Shown: positions 46,541 to 55,421 of the stretch, in pieces | How the letters are laid out: each line of letters starts with the position of its first letter | Numbering within the stretch: position 1 is the stretch's first letter | The notes under the pieces: model-generated | Seen by the model: the letters and a program-made list of their open reading frames with translations, nothing else | Told to the model about the DNA's origin: nothing | Database searches by the model: none | Position numbers and translations under genes: made by a program | From: Bacteroidaceae bacterium | Lineage (GTDB): Bacteria > Bacteroidota > Bacteroidia > Bacteroidales > Bacteroidaceae | Reading direction: 5' to 3' | Assembly (NCBI GenBank): GCA_017556045.1 | Contig: JAFZFF010000046.1 | Coordinates: forward strand, 13,004-77,003 | Length of the DNA: 64,000 nucleotides

Positions 46541-49500
46541 TTATTTTACTATAAACTTCTTACCATTCTGAATGTAGATACCTTTTTGTAACTCTCTACG
46601 CTCGCAAGACATACGCTCACCTTTTATATTATAAATCGGTGAATCGCTTGCATCATTGACAACATCTTCGATTCCGCTTGGGTCTGTAACAATAAGCTTC
46701 TTACTAACTCTTACTGCAGAATGATAGTTCTTGTTACCCGATTGGATGGCCTTAATTACAATTTGACCAACACCAAAGCAGTCAAGATATACCTTTCCTG
46801 CAGCCTCATAGATAGACACGAAGTTATTATCAGCAATCTCATACTCAATGTCAAGGCCTGATGTTGCCAATGCGGTCAACTCCACTTGGTCACCTATCTC
46901 AACCTCCTCGAGATTCTGTTCCCAAACGATTTCTTGTGTTGCCTTCTCGATGGTCAGTGTTCCGCTTGTATAGTTGAAGTCATAATTGGCAGCTTCTGCT
47001 CCCGACGCAGTGATTTCGTAGGTTCCAACATCGGTGGTTTTATCGGCAATGCAATTCAGTGTAGGCATTGCAGTAAACACTTTTTCACTTTCATTGTTAA
47101 CAAATCCACTGTAACTTACGGAGAAGTCTGGATTCTCCTCGCCATACACTCTGGTATAGTCGCCTACCTTAACGTCAATAGTGCGCTTGCCTACAGTTAG
47201 CATAGCTCCTTGGTAGCTCAGCTCATAGTTCTTAGCCTCAGCACCAGATAAAGTAATTTCATACTCACCCACACTGCTTGTTTGCTTCGCACTACACTCA
47301 AAGCTTGGTTCAGTAGTGATTACATCTTTCGCATCATCGTTCTTGAAGCCCTCACAATAGTAGGTAAATTCGGGATTAGCCTCAAAGTAAAGGCGCTCCT
47401 TATTCTCGGCTATCACGCTGAGCGGAGCCTTCACTACGTTCAATACACCTTCGTTATACTCAGTGAATGCGTAGTTCTGTGCCTTACCACCAGATACCGT
47501 GATGGCATACTCGCCCACATCACTCTTCTTATCAGCATCGACAGCTATCGCTGGCTTTTCAGAAATACAATCTTCATTGTCATTGTTTTTGAATCCACTG
47601 TAGGTGAGTGCTATTGCAGGGTTAGCCTCTCCATACTCCTTTTGAGCAGATACAGCGCTTACTGAAAGCGAAGCTTTGGTTACAGTCAATGCGCCATTCT
47701 TATACGTAATGTCGTAGTTCTGAGCTTCTGCACCGCTTGGCACAATCTCGTATGTACCCACAGCACTTGTCGCTATTGCTTCAGTCTTTGCCGAGGGACG
47801 ATTTGTCAAGACATCATATGTCTCCTCATTCTTGAATCCTGAGTATGCAAATGTAAACTTAGGATTCTCGTCACCATACACACGCTCTGCAGCTTCTGCT
47901 TGAATAGTCAGAGGAGCCTTGTTTACGGTGAGCGTACCGCTCGTATAGTTTATTGCATAGTTCGTTGCCTCTGCGCCATTAGGAGTAATCTCATATTCTC
48001 CCACGCTGCTCGTAGGTGTTGCTGATGTCACTACAGTAGGTGCCGTAGCCAAACAATCTGCATCATCGTCGTTCTTAAATCCCGAATATGCAAACTTAAA
48101 TTCCGGGTTAGCCTCTCCATACTCGCGCACTGTACTCTGCACGCTGATATTCAAGGGAGCTTGGGTCACGGTCAATGTACCAAAGATATATTCCGTAAAC
48201 GAATAGTTGGTAGCTACACCACCCGACACCGTCACCTCGTAGTCACCTACCGCACTATACTTTGTAGCCTTGGTAGAAGTACTCAACTCTGAGGCAAACA
48301 CAGGTACACCATCACCATTCTTCAATCCTACGTATGTGAAGTCAAATTGCGGGTTAGCGTCGCCATACACTCTTGACTTAGCATTAACAGCAACCGTAAC
48401 CGGTGCCTTCTTTACAGTCAGCGTTCCCTCGGTGCAGCCAATCTCATAGTTTTTGGCTGTAGCATTTGCTGACACGCTATATGTTCCAGCACCACTCTTT
48501 TTGTTTGCCTTGGTAGAGAACGCAACAGCACTACTCAATACACTTTCATCCTCATTGTTCACAAACCCGCTAAACGAATAGGTAAACTCAGGATTCTCAT
48601 CACCATAAATCTTTTCCGCATCATTCACCTGGATAGTCAATGGCGTCTTATTGATGGTATAGGTGTAGGGAATATCTACCTCAAGACCGTTAGAATATAT
48701 CGCTTTAAAGACCGTTTCATATGTTCCTGCCTCCTTTTGCAAATTAACAATATTCATTGTTAGTTCATCAGAACTTTCCCAATTATTAGTATAATTTACA
48801 GAAGGTTCTTGGCCATTATAGCTGAACTCATTTTGCTCAAATGTTATATATTCTATAAATTCACCACTTCCCCCCTTAACAGTTGATTTGCTATAGGTCT
48901 CTTTGTTCGAAACGTATGTGCTTGTTGCGAGCCACAAAGACTTAGGAGGTGTTATTGACACATATAGAATTTCATTTAGGTTCGAACAACCAGAAAAAGC
49001 GTTGCTATTTATTATTGTGACATTATTAGGAATTATAACACTTGTAAGACCAGAGCATTTATAGAATGCATTTGTTCCAATTCCTGTGACACAATTACCA
49101 ATGGTTAGCGAGGTTAATAGTTGTTTGTTATAGAATGGCGAATAACCTTTATTTTGATTTGAATCATAAGAAAGATTGCGGCCTAAATAGATACTTGTTA
49201 AAGGAGAATGACAAAAAAGTCCTGCCTGATATCCGTTAGAATTAGTTCCAAGTCCCAACGAAAGCGTTGTCTCACTATCCTCTATTCGTAATTCTTTTAA
49301 CGATGTACAAGAATTGAACGCGTTATCATTAATTTTTATCACACTGCTTGGTATTGCAATACTAACAAGATTACTACAGCCCGAAAATGCATACTCATTA
49401 ATTATTGTCACGCTATTAGGGATATCTACACTTGAAAGTTCTTTACGACTTGAGAATGCTTTGTTACCAATGCTTGTTACTTTATATGTATTCCCATTAT

Positions 49501-49699
49501 ACAAAACCTTTTCGGGGATAACAATATGACCAGAATATTCATTAGAATAACTACTGCCTTTATATGTTACCGAAACTGTTAGATTCGCTGTAGATGTGAT
49601 ATTGTAAAAAATTCCATCCACTTCAAAATCATAGGCATTCACTGTAACGCTACACAACAAGACCATTATCGTAGCCAACCATAGTTTAACAACTTTCAT
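46541..49699 (-). CDS. Cell-surface protein: signal peptide, BspA-type LRRs, about 9 MBG-type repeats, Ig-like domain, T9SS C-terminal sorting domain
   Basis: N-terminal NAFSGCSNL-type LRR units. The reiterated ...YGDENPEFTYSFSGFVNNE...NYxIxYxxGTLTVxKAPLT module recurs. The C-terminus is ...PIYNIKGERM...KGIYIQNGKKFIVK. Confidence 0.8.
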   Translation of the reverse strand: MKVVKLWLATIMVLLCSVTVNAYDFEVDGIFYNITSTANLTVSVTYKGSSYSNEYSGHIVIPEKVLYNGNTYKVTSIGNKAFSSRKELSSVDIPNSVTIINEYAFSGCSNLVSIAIPSSVIKINDNAFNSCTSLKELRIEDSETTLSLGLGTNSNGYQAGLFCHSPLTSIYLGRNLSYDSNQNKGYSPFYNKQLLTSLTIGNCVTGIGTNAFYKCSGLTSVIIPNNVTIINSNAFSGCSNLNEILYVSITPPKSLWLATSTYVSNKETYSKSTVKGGSGEFIEYITFEQNEFSYNGQEPSVNYTNNWESSDELTMNIVNLQKEAGTYETVFKAIYSNGLEVDIPYTYTINKTPLTIQVNDAEKIYGDENPEFTYSFSGFVNNEDESVLSSAVAFSTKANKKSGAGTYSVSANATAKNYEIGCTEGTLTVKKAPVTVAVNAKSRVYGDANPQFDFTYVGLKNGDGVPVFASELSTSTKATKYSAVGDYEVTVSGGVATNYSFTEYIFGTLTVTQAPLNISVQSTVREYGEANPEFKFAYSGFKNDDDADCLATAPTVVTSATPTSSVGEYEITPNGAEATNYAINYTSGTLTVNKAPLTIQAEAAERVYGDENPKFTFAYSGFKNEETYDVLTNRPSAKTEAIATSAVGTYEIVPSGAEAQNYDITYKNGALTVTKASLSVSAVSAQKEYGEANPAIALTYSGFKNNDNEDCISEKPAIAVDADKKSDVGEYAITVSGGKAQNYAFTEYNEGVLNVVKAPLSVIAENKERLYFEANPEFTYYCEGFKNDDAKDVITTEPSFECSAKQTSSVGEYEITLSGAEAKNYELSYQGAMLTVGKRTIDVKVGDYTRVYGEENPDFSVSYSGFVNNESEKVFTAMPTLNCIADKTTDVGTYEITASGAEAANYDFNYTSGTLTIEKATQEIVWEQNLEEVEIGDQVELTALATSGLDIEYEIADNNFVSIYEAAGKVYLDCFGVGQIVIKAIQSGNKNYHSAVRVSKKLIVTDPSGIEDVVNDASDSPIYNIKGERMSCERRELQKGIYIQNGKKFIVK

Positions 49700-49705
49700 A
49701 TCAAC

Positions 49706-50023
49706 TTATTTTATTGCTATATATACAAAATATCTATTACTTGGAGATATATTACCCCCTCCTCCTTCTCTTTTATTATTACACCTTTTATCTTCTCTAT
49801 AAACTGAAATCAGTTTGGTCTCTAACTGATTTGCTTTTTCAAGCGATTCCAGTTCGACCAAAGGTATGAGCTGTGTGTAACCTTCAGCTTTATATTCATC
49901 TTCACGTCTAATACAATCATCAGTTTTTCCAATTTTGAATCCTACAATGTCTTCTTCCGTTAACAGTTTTTTGATTGTACTAATAGCCCTTGCTGCTTTA
50001 ATGGACATTTCGTTTTTGCTCAT
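49706..50023 (-). CDS. Hypothetical small protein (105 aa), possible GIY-YIG/T5orf172-like core
   Basis: From the ATG at 50023. FKIGKTDDCIRREDEY...LETKLISVY loosely resembles the KIGxT...R...E..L pattern. Its stop lies 7 nt from the surface-protein start. Confidence 0.4.
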   Translation of the reverse strand: MSKNEMSIKAARAISTIKKLLTEEDIVGFKIGKTDDCIRREDEYKAEGYTQLIPLVELESLEKANQLETKLISVYREDKRCNNKREGGGGNISPSNRYFVYIAIK

Positions 50024-50361
50024 AGTTGCTGTATTAACTTTGCCTACAAGTCTCCCTAAGTCAGCGTTAATAATAACATATTGGCTAATGGATACAAGAA
50101 AAGCGTAGAGACTTGTCGCGCTCATCGTACATCTGGTATCGCCAAACACCACGAGAAAATGAACTGAGAAACAAATACCCCACGCTGTAGCATATATGAT
50201 GAAAATGTGTACAGCCTATAATGACTGTACACCGCTTGCATATACGCAAACAGAATGAGCGTCGCATTGTTTCCACCCTTCTCTTTGAAATTGGCGATTT
50301 CGATGTACAGGTAAAAGCAAGAAACGCATTCTTGACCGAGGATTTCTCCCCTCGGATGTGG

Positions 50362-50369
50362 CAAAAGTA
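50362..50369 (-). promoter_or_regulatory. -7 promoter box (TACTTTTG)
   Basis: Plus-strand caaaagta lies upstream of the small-gene/surface-protein operon. Confidence 0.4.
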
Positions 50370-50632
50370 CTAAAAATATTTAATTCACAAAAAGGTTCCT
50401 CGCTTTTTTTCTCAAAAGATCTGAAAAGATAATGCGAACGCTCAGAGATATTCGTTTCTCAAAAGACAAAGTAAACACGCTTGCGAGTACAAAGACAATG
50501 CAAAAAAAAGAATTAGTGTTTTCTTTATTTTTAGCTAAGGTGTCGGTGGTTGTATGTAACATTTTGAGATATAGACTATTTGCGACCGATACCCCCGTTG
50601 TGGGGTGTCGGTAGGTGTTTACACCTGCGTTA

Positions 50633-50741
50633 GGAAAATATTGCATGTGTGTAATATTTTTATTGCATGTGTAGACGGAGCAAAATGGACAGCTGCAATT
50701 TTTGTGACGAAGGTCTGTAATTTTTCTCGAGGACAGCTCCG
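50633..50741. repeat. Intergenic repeat family, copy 2 (copy 1 at 830..960)
   Basis: See 830..960. Confidence 0.6.
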
Positions 50742-51002
50742 ATGATTTTGCCGAACAGCTTTGATTTCACAACGGTAGAGATAAAGCTAAAAAAAAGGGA
50801 GGTTCGATCGCAAGAAAAGGCCTTTCCCTTTTCTAAAAAACGAATAGCCCATTTCTAAAAAACGAGCCTATGATTTTTCAGAGTAAAGCAAAATAGTATA
50901 GGACAAAGTACTAAGTAAAAAATATTTTTCGCTTTGTACGAGTAAAAAAGTGCTTATTGTAATCTCTGAATTAGCAAAATAGATAAAAATCCCCCAGGTG
51001 GG

Positions 51003-51164
51003 AAAAGTTTATTTTTGGGGTGGCATGGCAACGAAGAGCTTCGAGCTCTGAGCTGTGAGCATTGAACTGCGAGTTATCCGGAGGCTAATTTTTAATGTTC
51101 AATTTTTAACTTTCAAATTGCGAGCTCTGCTCGCTCTGCCATGCCACCCCAAAAATAAACTTTT
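51003..51164. repeat. 162-nt palindromic element: perfect 28-bp inverted repeat enclosing two heptamer stop arrays and core TATCCGGAGGC
   Basis: AAAAGTTTATTTTTGGGGTGGCATGGCA (51003-51030) is the exact reverse complement of 51137-51164. Plus-strand TGA at 51049/56/63. Minus-strand stops at 51085/92/99/106/113. Confidence 0.85.
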
Positions 51165-51247
51165 ATCACCCTGAAAATGGGTGTTTGGGGTGAAATGTTG
51201 GAATATAGGGGTAACTTACGTTAACGTAGGCAATGCGTCGAGCGAAA

Positions 51248-54181
51248 TTACAATTCTTCCATCAAGGCGCGGTAGTTGGCGTCGGTGGAGAGTACGCGGG
51301 GGATGCCGATGACGAAGAGTTGCTGGCGAGCGCGGGTGATGGCGACATTGAGTTTGCGGTCGATGGGGTAGGTGCTGGTGGGTCTGTCTGCCTCGCTGGT
51401 AGTGGCCTCTACGATGAGCTCCATCTGTGTGGGCTCGGTGACGGTGGTGCAGTAGATGATGATGTCGCGTTGGCTGCCCTGGTAGCGCTCTACGGTGTCA
51501 ATGCTGATGCCTTCGGTGTAGTGGGGCATGTCGAGGGCGGCGAGGTGGTGGCGTATGAGTGCGCCTTGTCCGCGGAAGGGGGCGATGATACCTATCGTGC
51601 GTGTGGCCTCGTAGGGGAGATTATTGGTTTGGTAGAGCTGGATGATGGACTCTACGAGGGTGGCACAGAGCTGGGCCTCGTGGGTGTTGGTCTTGAAGCG
51701 CTCGGGAGTGGTAGGCTCAGCACAGGGAACGAAGGCGGTACGGCGCGTAGCCACCAGGCTCTGCATGGGGCTGTCGGTGTCGTAGTCGGTGTAGGCCAAC
51801 GGTTGCTCTTGATGGGGCAGGGGCACGGGGCAGAGGCGACCTTCGTAGAAGCGGAGGTTGGCAAAACGGCTCACCTCGGGGTGCATGCGTCCCTGGCGAT
51901 AGAGGGTGGCGATGCAGGTGGTGTGCTCAGCTGCTGTGAGGCGGCGGTGAAGGCGCTCGAAGAGCGACTGACGGCAGTTGGTGAAGCCCAGCGAGGTGAG
52001 CAGTGGATGGGTGATGAGGGCCTCCTCCTCGGTCTGCAGGGCTATGGCGGGGAGCTGCTTGTGGTCGCCGATGAGGACGAACTTGCTCTGTAGTGTGGCG
52101 AGCAGGCCTATGAGCTGGGGCTCGAGGATCTGTGAGGCTTCGTCGATAAGGGTGAGCTGGAAGCGCTTGGCCTCGAAGAGCTCGGGGCGGGCAGAGGCGG
52201 TACTCACGGTGCTCACAAAGATACGCGTGGAGGCGATGAGGGCGCGCACCTCGTCGCGGGTGTTGAGCGTGGCTGTCTGCCGTGTCAGTGTGTGTGAGGC
52301 GTAGCGCTCATCGCAGCTTTGCTCGCTGCCGAGGCGTATGTATGCGGGCTGTCCATCGATATTTTCGAGGGCTTGGCATATCTCATCTACGGCGCGGTTG
52401 GTATAGGCCATCAGTAGTATGTTGTCGGTGGTGTGGAGGTAGTGTTCCTCTACGATGGAGCGCAGCACGATGGAGGTCTTGCCCGCTCCGGGAGCGCCTA
52501 CGATGAGGGCATAATCACGGGCTTGGCGTACGGTGCGCACGATGTTGTCGGTATCTTCTCCAGGGTAGTGGCCCACGACGTGTTGCGTTGCATCGGTGCG
52601 GGGTAGGGTGGCACCCAAGAGTAGCTGACGACGCTCCTCAGGGGCGGAGAGCAGGCTATAGAGGCTGCGGTAGGGGGTGGATGATGCGCTATCGCTTACA
52701 TCGTGCTCGAGGGCGTAGCTGGCCGTGTGGTCAAAAACCTTGGCGCTATGCTGATGCTGGCGGAGGCCGATGCGTAGGGTGTCGCGCCCGATATAGAGTA
52801 GGGTGCCCTTATGTACCTGGCGGGTAGAGACGTTGTCAACGCTGCTCTCCTTGATATAGAAGAGGACCATGTCGCCTCGGCGGAAGTTGGGCACTTCGGT
52901 GGCTTCGAGTGGGGGCAGCGCGAAGGTGAGCATGTCGTAGCCGCAACCATCGTCGGGCGTGAAGCTCTGCAGACGGAGCTGGCTGATGATGTCGCCATCG
53001 GTCAGCTTCTCTTCATCGGTGCGGCACCACAGATGGCTCTGCGCATGGTCGCGCTCGCAACGTCCTACCTTGGAGAGGTACTGCTCGCCTGCGGTGAAGC
53101 GCAGGTAGCGGTAGAAGTATGCCTTGGTGGCCTCGTCGGGGATGTGGAAGGGGGCGAGCTGTGTCGCGAGCTGGGGCCTGAGGTAGTCGCTCCAGAGGCG
53201 ATTGCTGATGGCGCGGGTGTTGAAGTCCTCGGGGGTAAGTGCGGTGAACAGCGCCTCGGTGTCTTCGTCGGTGGCAAGGCATTGCATGAGGCGTACGATG
53301 GCATTGCGCATCACCAATGCCTCATCTACGATGTGGAGGTAGCGGTTGCCATCGAAGTAGCGCGGATAGCGCGAGTAGAGGAGCAGACTGGTGATCTCGT
53401 CGCGGGGGATGCCGGTGTTGAGGTGTAGCATTTCGCGATAGAGCATCATCTGTGCCGTATGGCTCTGCTTAGGACCTTGGGGTTGCGAGTAGTACTCATC
53501 GGCTTTGCCCGACTTGAGTTCGACGATACAGCGCAGGTTGCTCTGCAGATAGTCGAGTCGGCCCTGTAAGCCCAGTGCGGGGCAGATGAATGAGGGCTCC
53601 AGCATGGCTCCTCCAGCGTTCTGCCCATGGGGATAGTGCGCGTGTAGTGCCTCGATGGAGCTGCGTATGTGTTCGTATTGGTTGCGCGCCTCACTGAAGA
53701 AGGCGGCATTGATGCCTGGACATACGGCAAACTTGAGTGCGTCGGTCGCAAAGGCTTTGCGTATGGAGGTATTGTATGATGCTGGGCGCTCGGGCGAGTG
53801 GTTGACGCAATCGTCGAGAAACTGGTTGGCCGTGTTACCCAAAAGGATGGGCATGGTCACCTCCTTGGGCGCAAGCATAGAGAGCAGGTAGCGCATGGGG
53901 TGGGGACCGCACTCGGTGAAGCAGGCGGACAGGGAACTGATATCGATGAGGTAGTCGGGCTCTACGATGAGGCGCTGGGCGGTGAGTGTATCTGGTTGCT
54001 CTAGGTCGGGTGCGAGGTCGAGCAACATCACCGTGTCGCCCTCGCTCAGATATTCTATGTCGGGGGTATATAGCGCTGAGGTGATGCGTATGCGCCACTT
54101 GGTTCCCTCTGCGTCGGTGCCATAGAGGTGGGGCTTCTCAGTGCTGAGGATGCGCAGTCGCAGGCGGTCGGGCATGGTCAT
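51248..54181 (-). CDS. DNA2/NAM7-like SF1 helicase with N-terminal PD-(D/E)XK nuclease domain
   Basis: GRLDYL...IVELKSGKAD nuclease-like motif. Helicase motifs GAPGAGKTS, LIDEASQ, LIGDHKQLPA, TVERYQGSQRD and NVAITRAR. Confidence 0.8.
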   Translation of the reverse strand: MTMPDRLRLRILSTEKPHLYGTDAEGTKWRIRITSALYTPDIEYLSEGDTVMLLDLAPDLEQPDTLTAQRLIVEPDYLIDISSLSACFTECGPHPMRYLLSMLAPKEVTMPILLGNTANQFLDDCVNHSPERPASYNTSIRKAFATDALKFAVCPGINAAFFSEARNQYEHIRSSIEALHAHYPHGQNAGGAMLEPSFICPALGLQGRLDYLQSNLRCIVELKSGKADEYYSQPQGPKQSHTAQMMLYREMLHLNTGIPRDEITSLLLYSRYPRYFDGNRYLHIVDEALVMRNAIVRLMQCLATDEDTEALFTALTPEDFNTRAISNRLWSDYLRPQLATQLAPFHIPDEATKAYFYRYLRFTAGEQYLSKVGRCERDHAQSHLWCRTDEEKLTDGDIISQLRLQSFTPDDGCGYDMLTFALPPLEATEVPNFRRGDMVLFYIKESSVDNVSTRQVHKGTLLYIGRDTLRIGLRQHQHSAKVFDHTASYALEHDVSDSASSTPYRSLYSLLSAPEERRQLLLGATLPRTDATQHVVGHYPGEDTDNIVRTVRQARDYALIVGAPGAGKTSIVLRSIVEEHYLHTTDNILLMAYTNRAVDEICQALENIDGQPAYIRLGSEQSCDERYASHTLTRQTATLNTRDEVRALIASTRIFVSTVSTASARPELFEAKRFQLTLIDEASQILEPQLIGLLATLQSKFVLIGDHKQLPAIALQTEEEALITHPLLTSLGFTNCRQSLFERLHRRLTAAEHTTCIATLYRQGRMHPEVSRFANLRFYEGRLCPVPLPHQEQPLAYTDYDTDSPMQSLVATRRTAFVPCAEPTTPERFKTNTHEAQLCATLVESIIQLYQTNNLPYEATRTIGIIAPFRGQGALIRHHLAALDMPHYTEGISIDTVERYQGSQRDIIIYCTTVTEPTQMELIVEATTSEADRPTSTYPIDRKLNVAITRARQQLFVIGIPRVLSTDANYRALMEEL

Positions 54182-54993
54182 AGCGCAGCCAGGGGATTAT
54201 CAGCAGTAGTGCTGTCGGTGGTGGCATTGTCTGCCGTCTCCTCGTCGGCCTCTACGGGTACGAAGAAGGCTCGCGGAGTGTAGTGTGTGGTGTCGCGGTG
54301 GGTCTCCCAATAGCGCTCTTCGCGTAGGCAGTACTCGCTATACTTGTGCTGTACCTTGCGTACGAAGAGGGTGGTCTCTATGCCGGTAAACTTACCATTG
54401 CGGCACACCGAGTCGGTGTAGTATACGGAGTCGTTCTTCAGGCGGAGAAAGGTCTCTACATTGCCATTCCACACGTGGCGGCTCTTGCCATACTTCTCAG
54501 CCAGGCGCATAGCGTCTTGTACGTGTCCGAAGCCGGCATTGTATGCTGCCAGGATGAAATGTACGCGTTCGCTCTCAGGTATTCGTCTGAAGAGGCGTGA
54601 AAGGTATGCGAAATAGTCCACGGCAGCGCGCACGCTCTCCTCAGGGTCGCGTTCCATGCCTTCGGGTATGCCCATGGCACGTGCTGTCTGTGGCATCATC
54701 TGCATCAGTCCTTGCGCTCCTACGGCCGATACGGCTGAGGTGTCAAACTTAGACTCTACGTACGCCACAGCCGCCAGCATCTTCCAATCCCATCCGATGG
54801 TGTCGGCATAGGAGCGGAAGATGTGGTCGTAGGGCGATATGCTGAATATGGGAGGTATGGCTCCTAGATCAATGGTGTCGGTCACCAGTGTAGGTTCACC
54901 ATGAGGGTGCAGCGAGGGGTTGGTGGTAGCGATAAGTGCCGCTGTGGCGGCCGCTACACCAAGGGTATATAGGGTCTTCTCTCGCTTGCGCAT
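54178..54993 (-). CDS. Lytic transglycosylase (SLT domain)
   Basis: AVAYVESKFD...GAQGLMQMMP motif. Its stop overlaps the helicase start (ATGA). Confidence 0.8.
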   Translation of the reverse strand: MRKREKTLYTLGVAAATAALIATTNPSLHPHGEPTLVTDTIDLGAIPPIFSISPYDHIFRSYADTIGWDWKMLAAVAYVESKFDTSAVSAVGAQGLMQMMPQTARAMGIPEGMERDPEESVRAAVDYFAYLSRLFRRIPESERVHFILAAYNAGFGHVQDAMRLAEKYGKSRHVWNGNVETFLRLKNDSVYYTDSVCRNGKFTGIETTLFVRKVQHKYSEYCLREERYWETHRDTTHYTPRAFFVPVEADEETADNATTDSTTADNPLAAL

Positions 54994-55007
54994 AGTGTGC
55001 CGATGCT

Positions 55008-55400
55008 TTATCCTTCGATACTAGCCAAGGCCTTCTCGCATAGTGCGATGTCGGTCGGGCGCACTACAATGTTGGCCATGTCGTCTTCGGCAAAGGCATA
55101 CATATACTCTATAGATACCTCGCTTGCCGCCAACTGTTCGAGGATGTGAGCCAGTGCACCTGCCTTGTTGGGGCAGTGGAGGCATACTACGTCGGTGAGC
55201 ATCACGGCAAAGTTCTCTCCACGCAATACCTCTACAGCCTTGTCTACATCAGATACGATGAGGCGCAGTATGCCGAAGTCTGTGGTCTCGGCCATGCTGA
55301 AGGCCTGCATGTTGATGCCATGTTGGCTCAGTGTCTTGGCAACCTCGTTGATACGTCCAGTCTTGTTCTCGAGGAATACCGATACTTGCTTGATAGTCAT
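55008..55400 (-). CDS. ACT-domain protein
   Basis: 130 aa with two ACT-like repeats. It is the usual partner downstream of phenylacetate-CoA ligase in Bacteroidales. Confidence 0.7.
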   Translation of the reverse strand: MTIKQVSVFLENKTGRINEVAKTLSQHGINMQAFSMAETTDFGILRLIVSDVDKAVEVLRGENFAVMLTDVVCLHCPNKAGALAHILEQLAASEVSIEYMYAFAEDDMANIVVRPTDIALCEKALASIEG

Positions 55401-55421
55401 ATCTATACTTCGTTAAAAGGG

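Noticed and set aside
51233-53428. Plus-strand ORFs of 286 and 205 aa (and many shorter ones) antisense to the helicase gene.
   Set aside because: These are shadow ORFs with Gly/Ala/Val-rich nonsense and no motifs. The minus-strand gene has a full set of SF1 helicase motifs.
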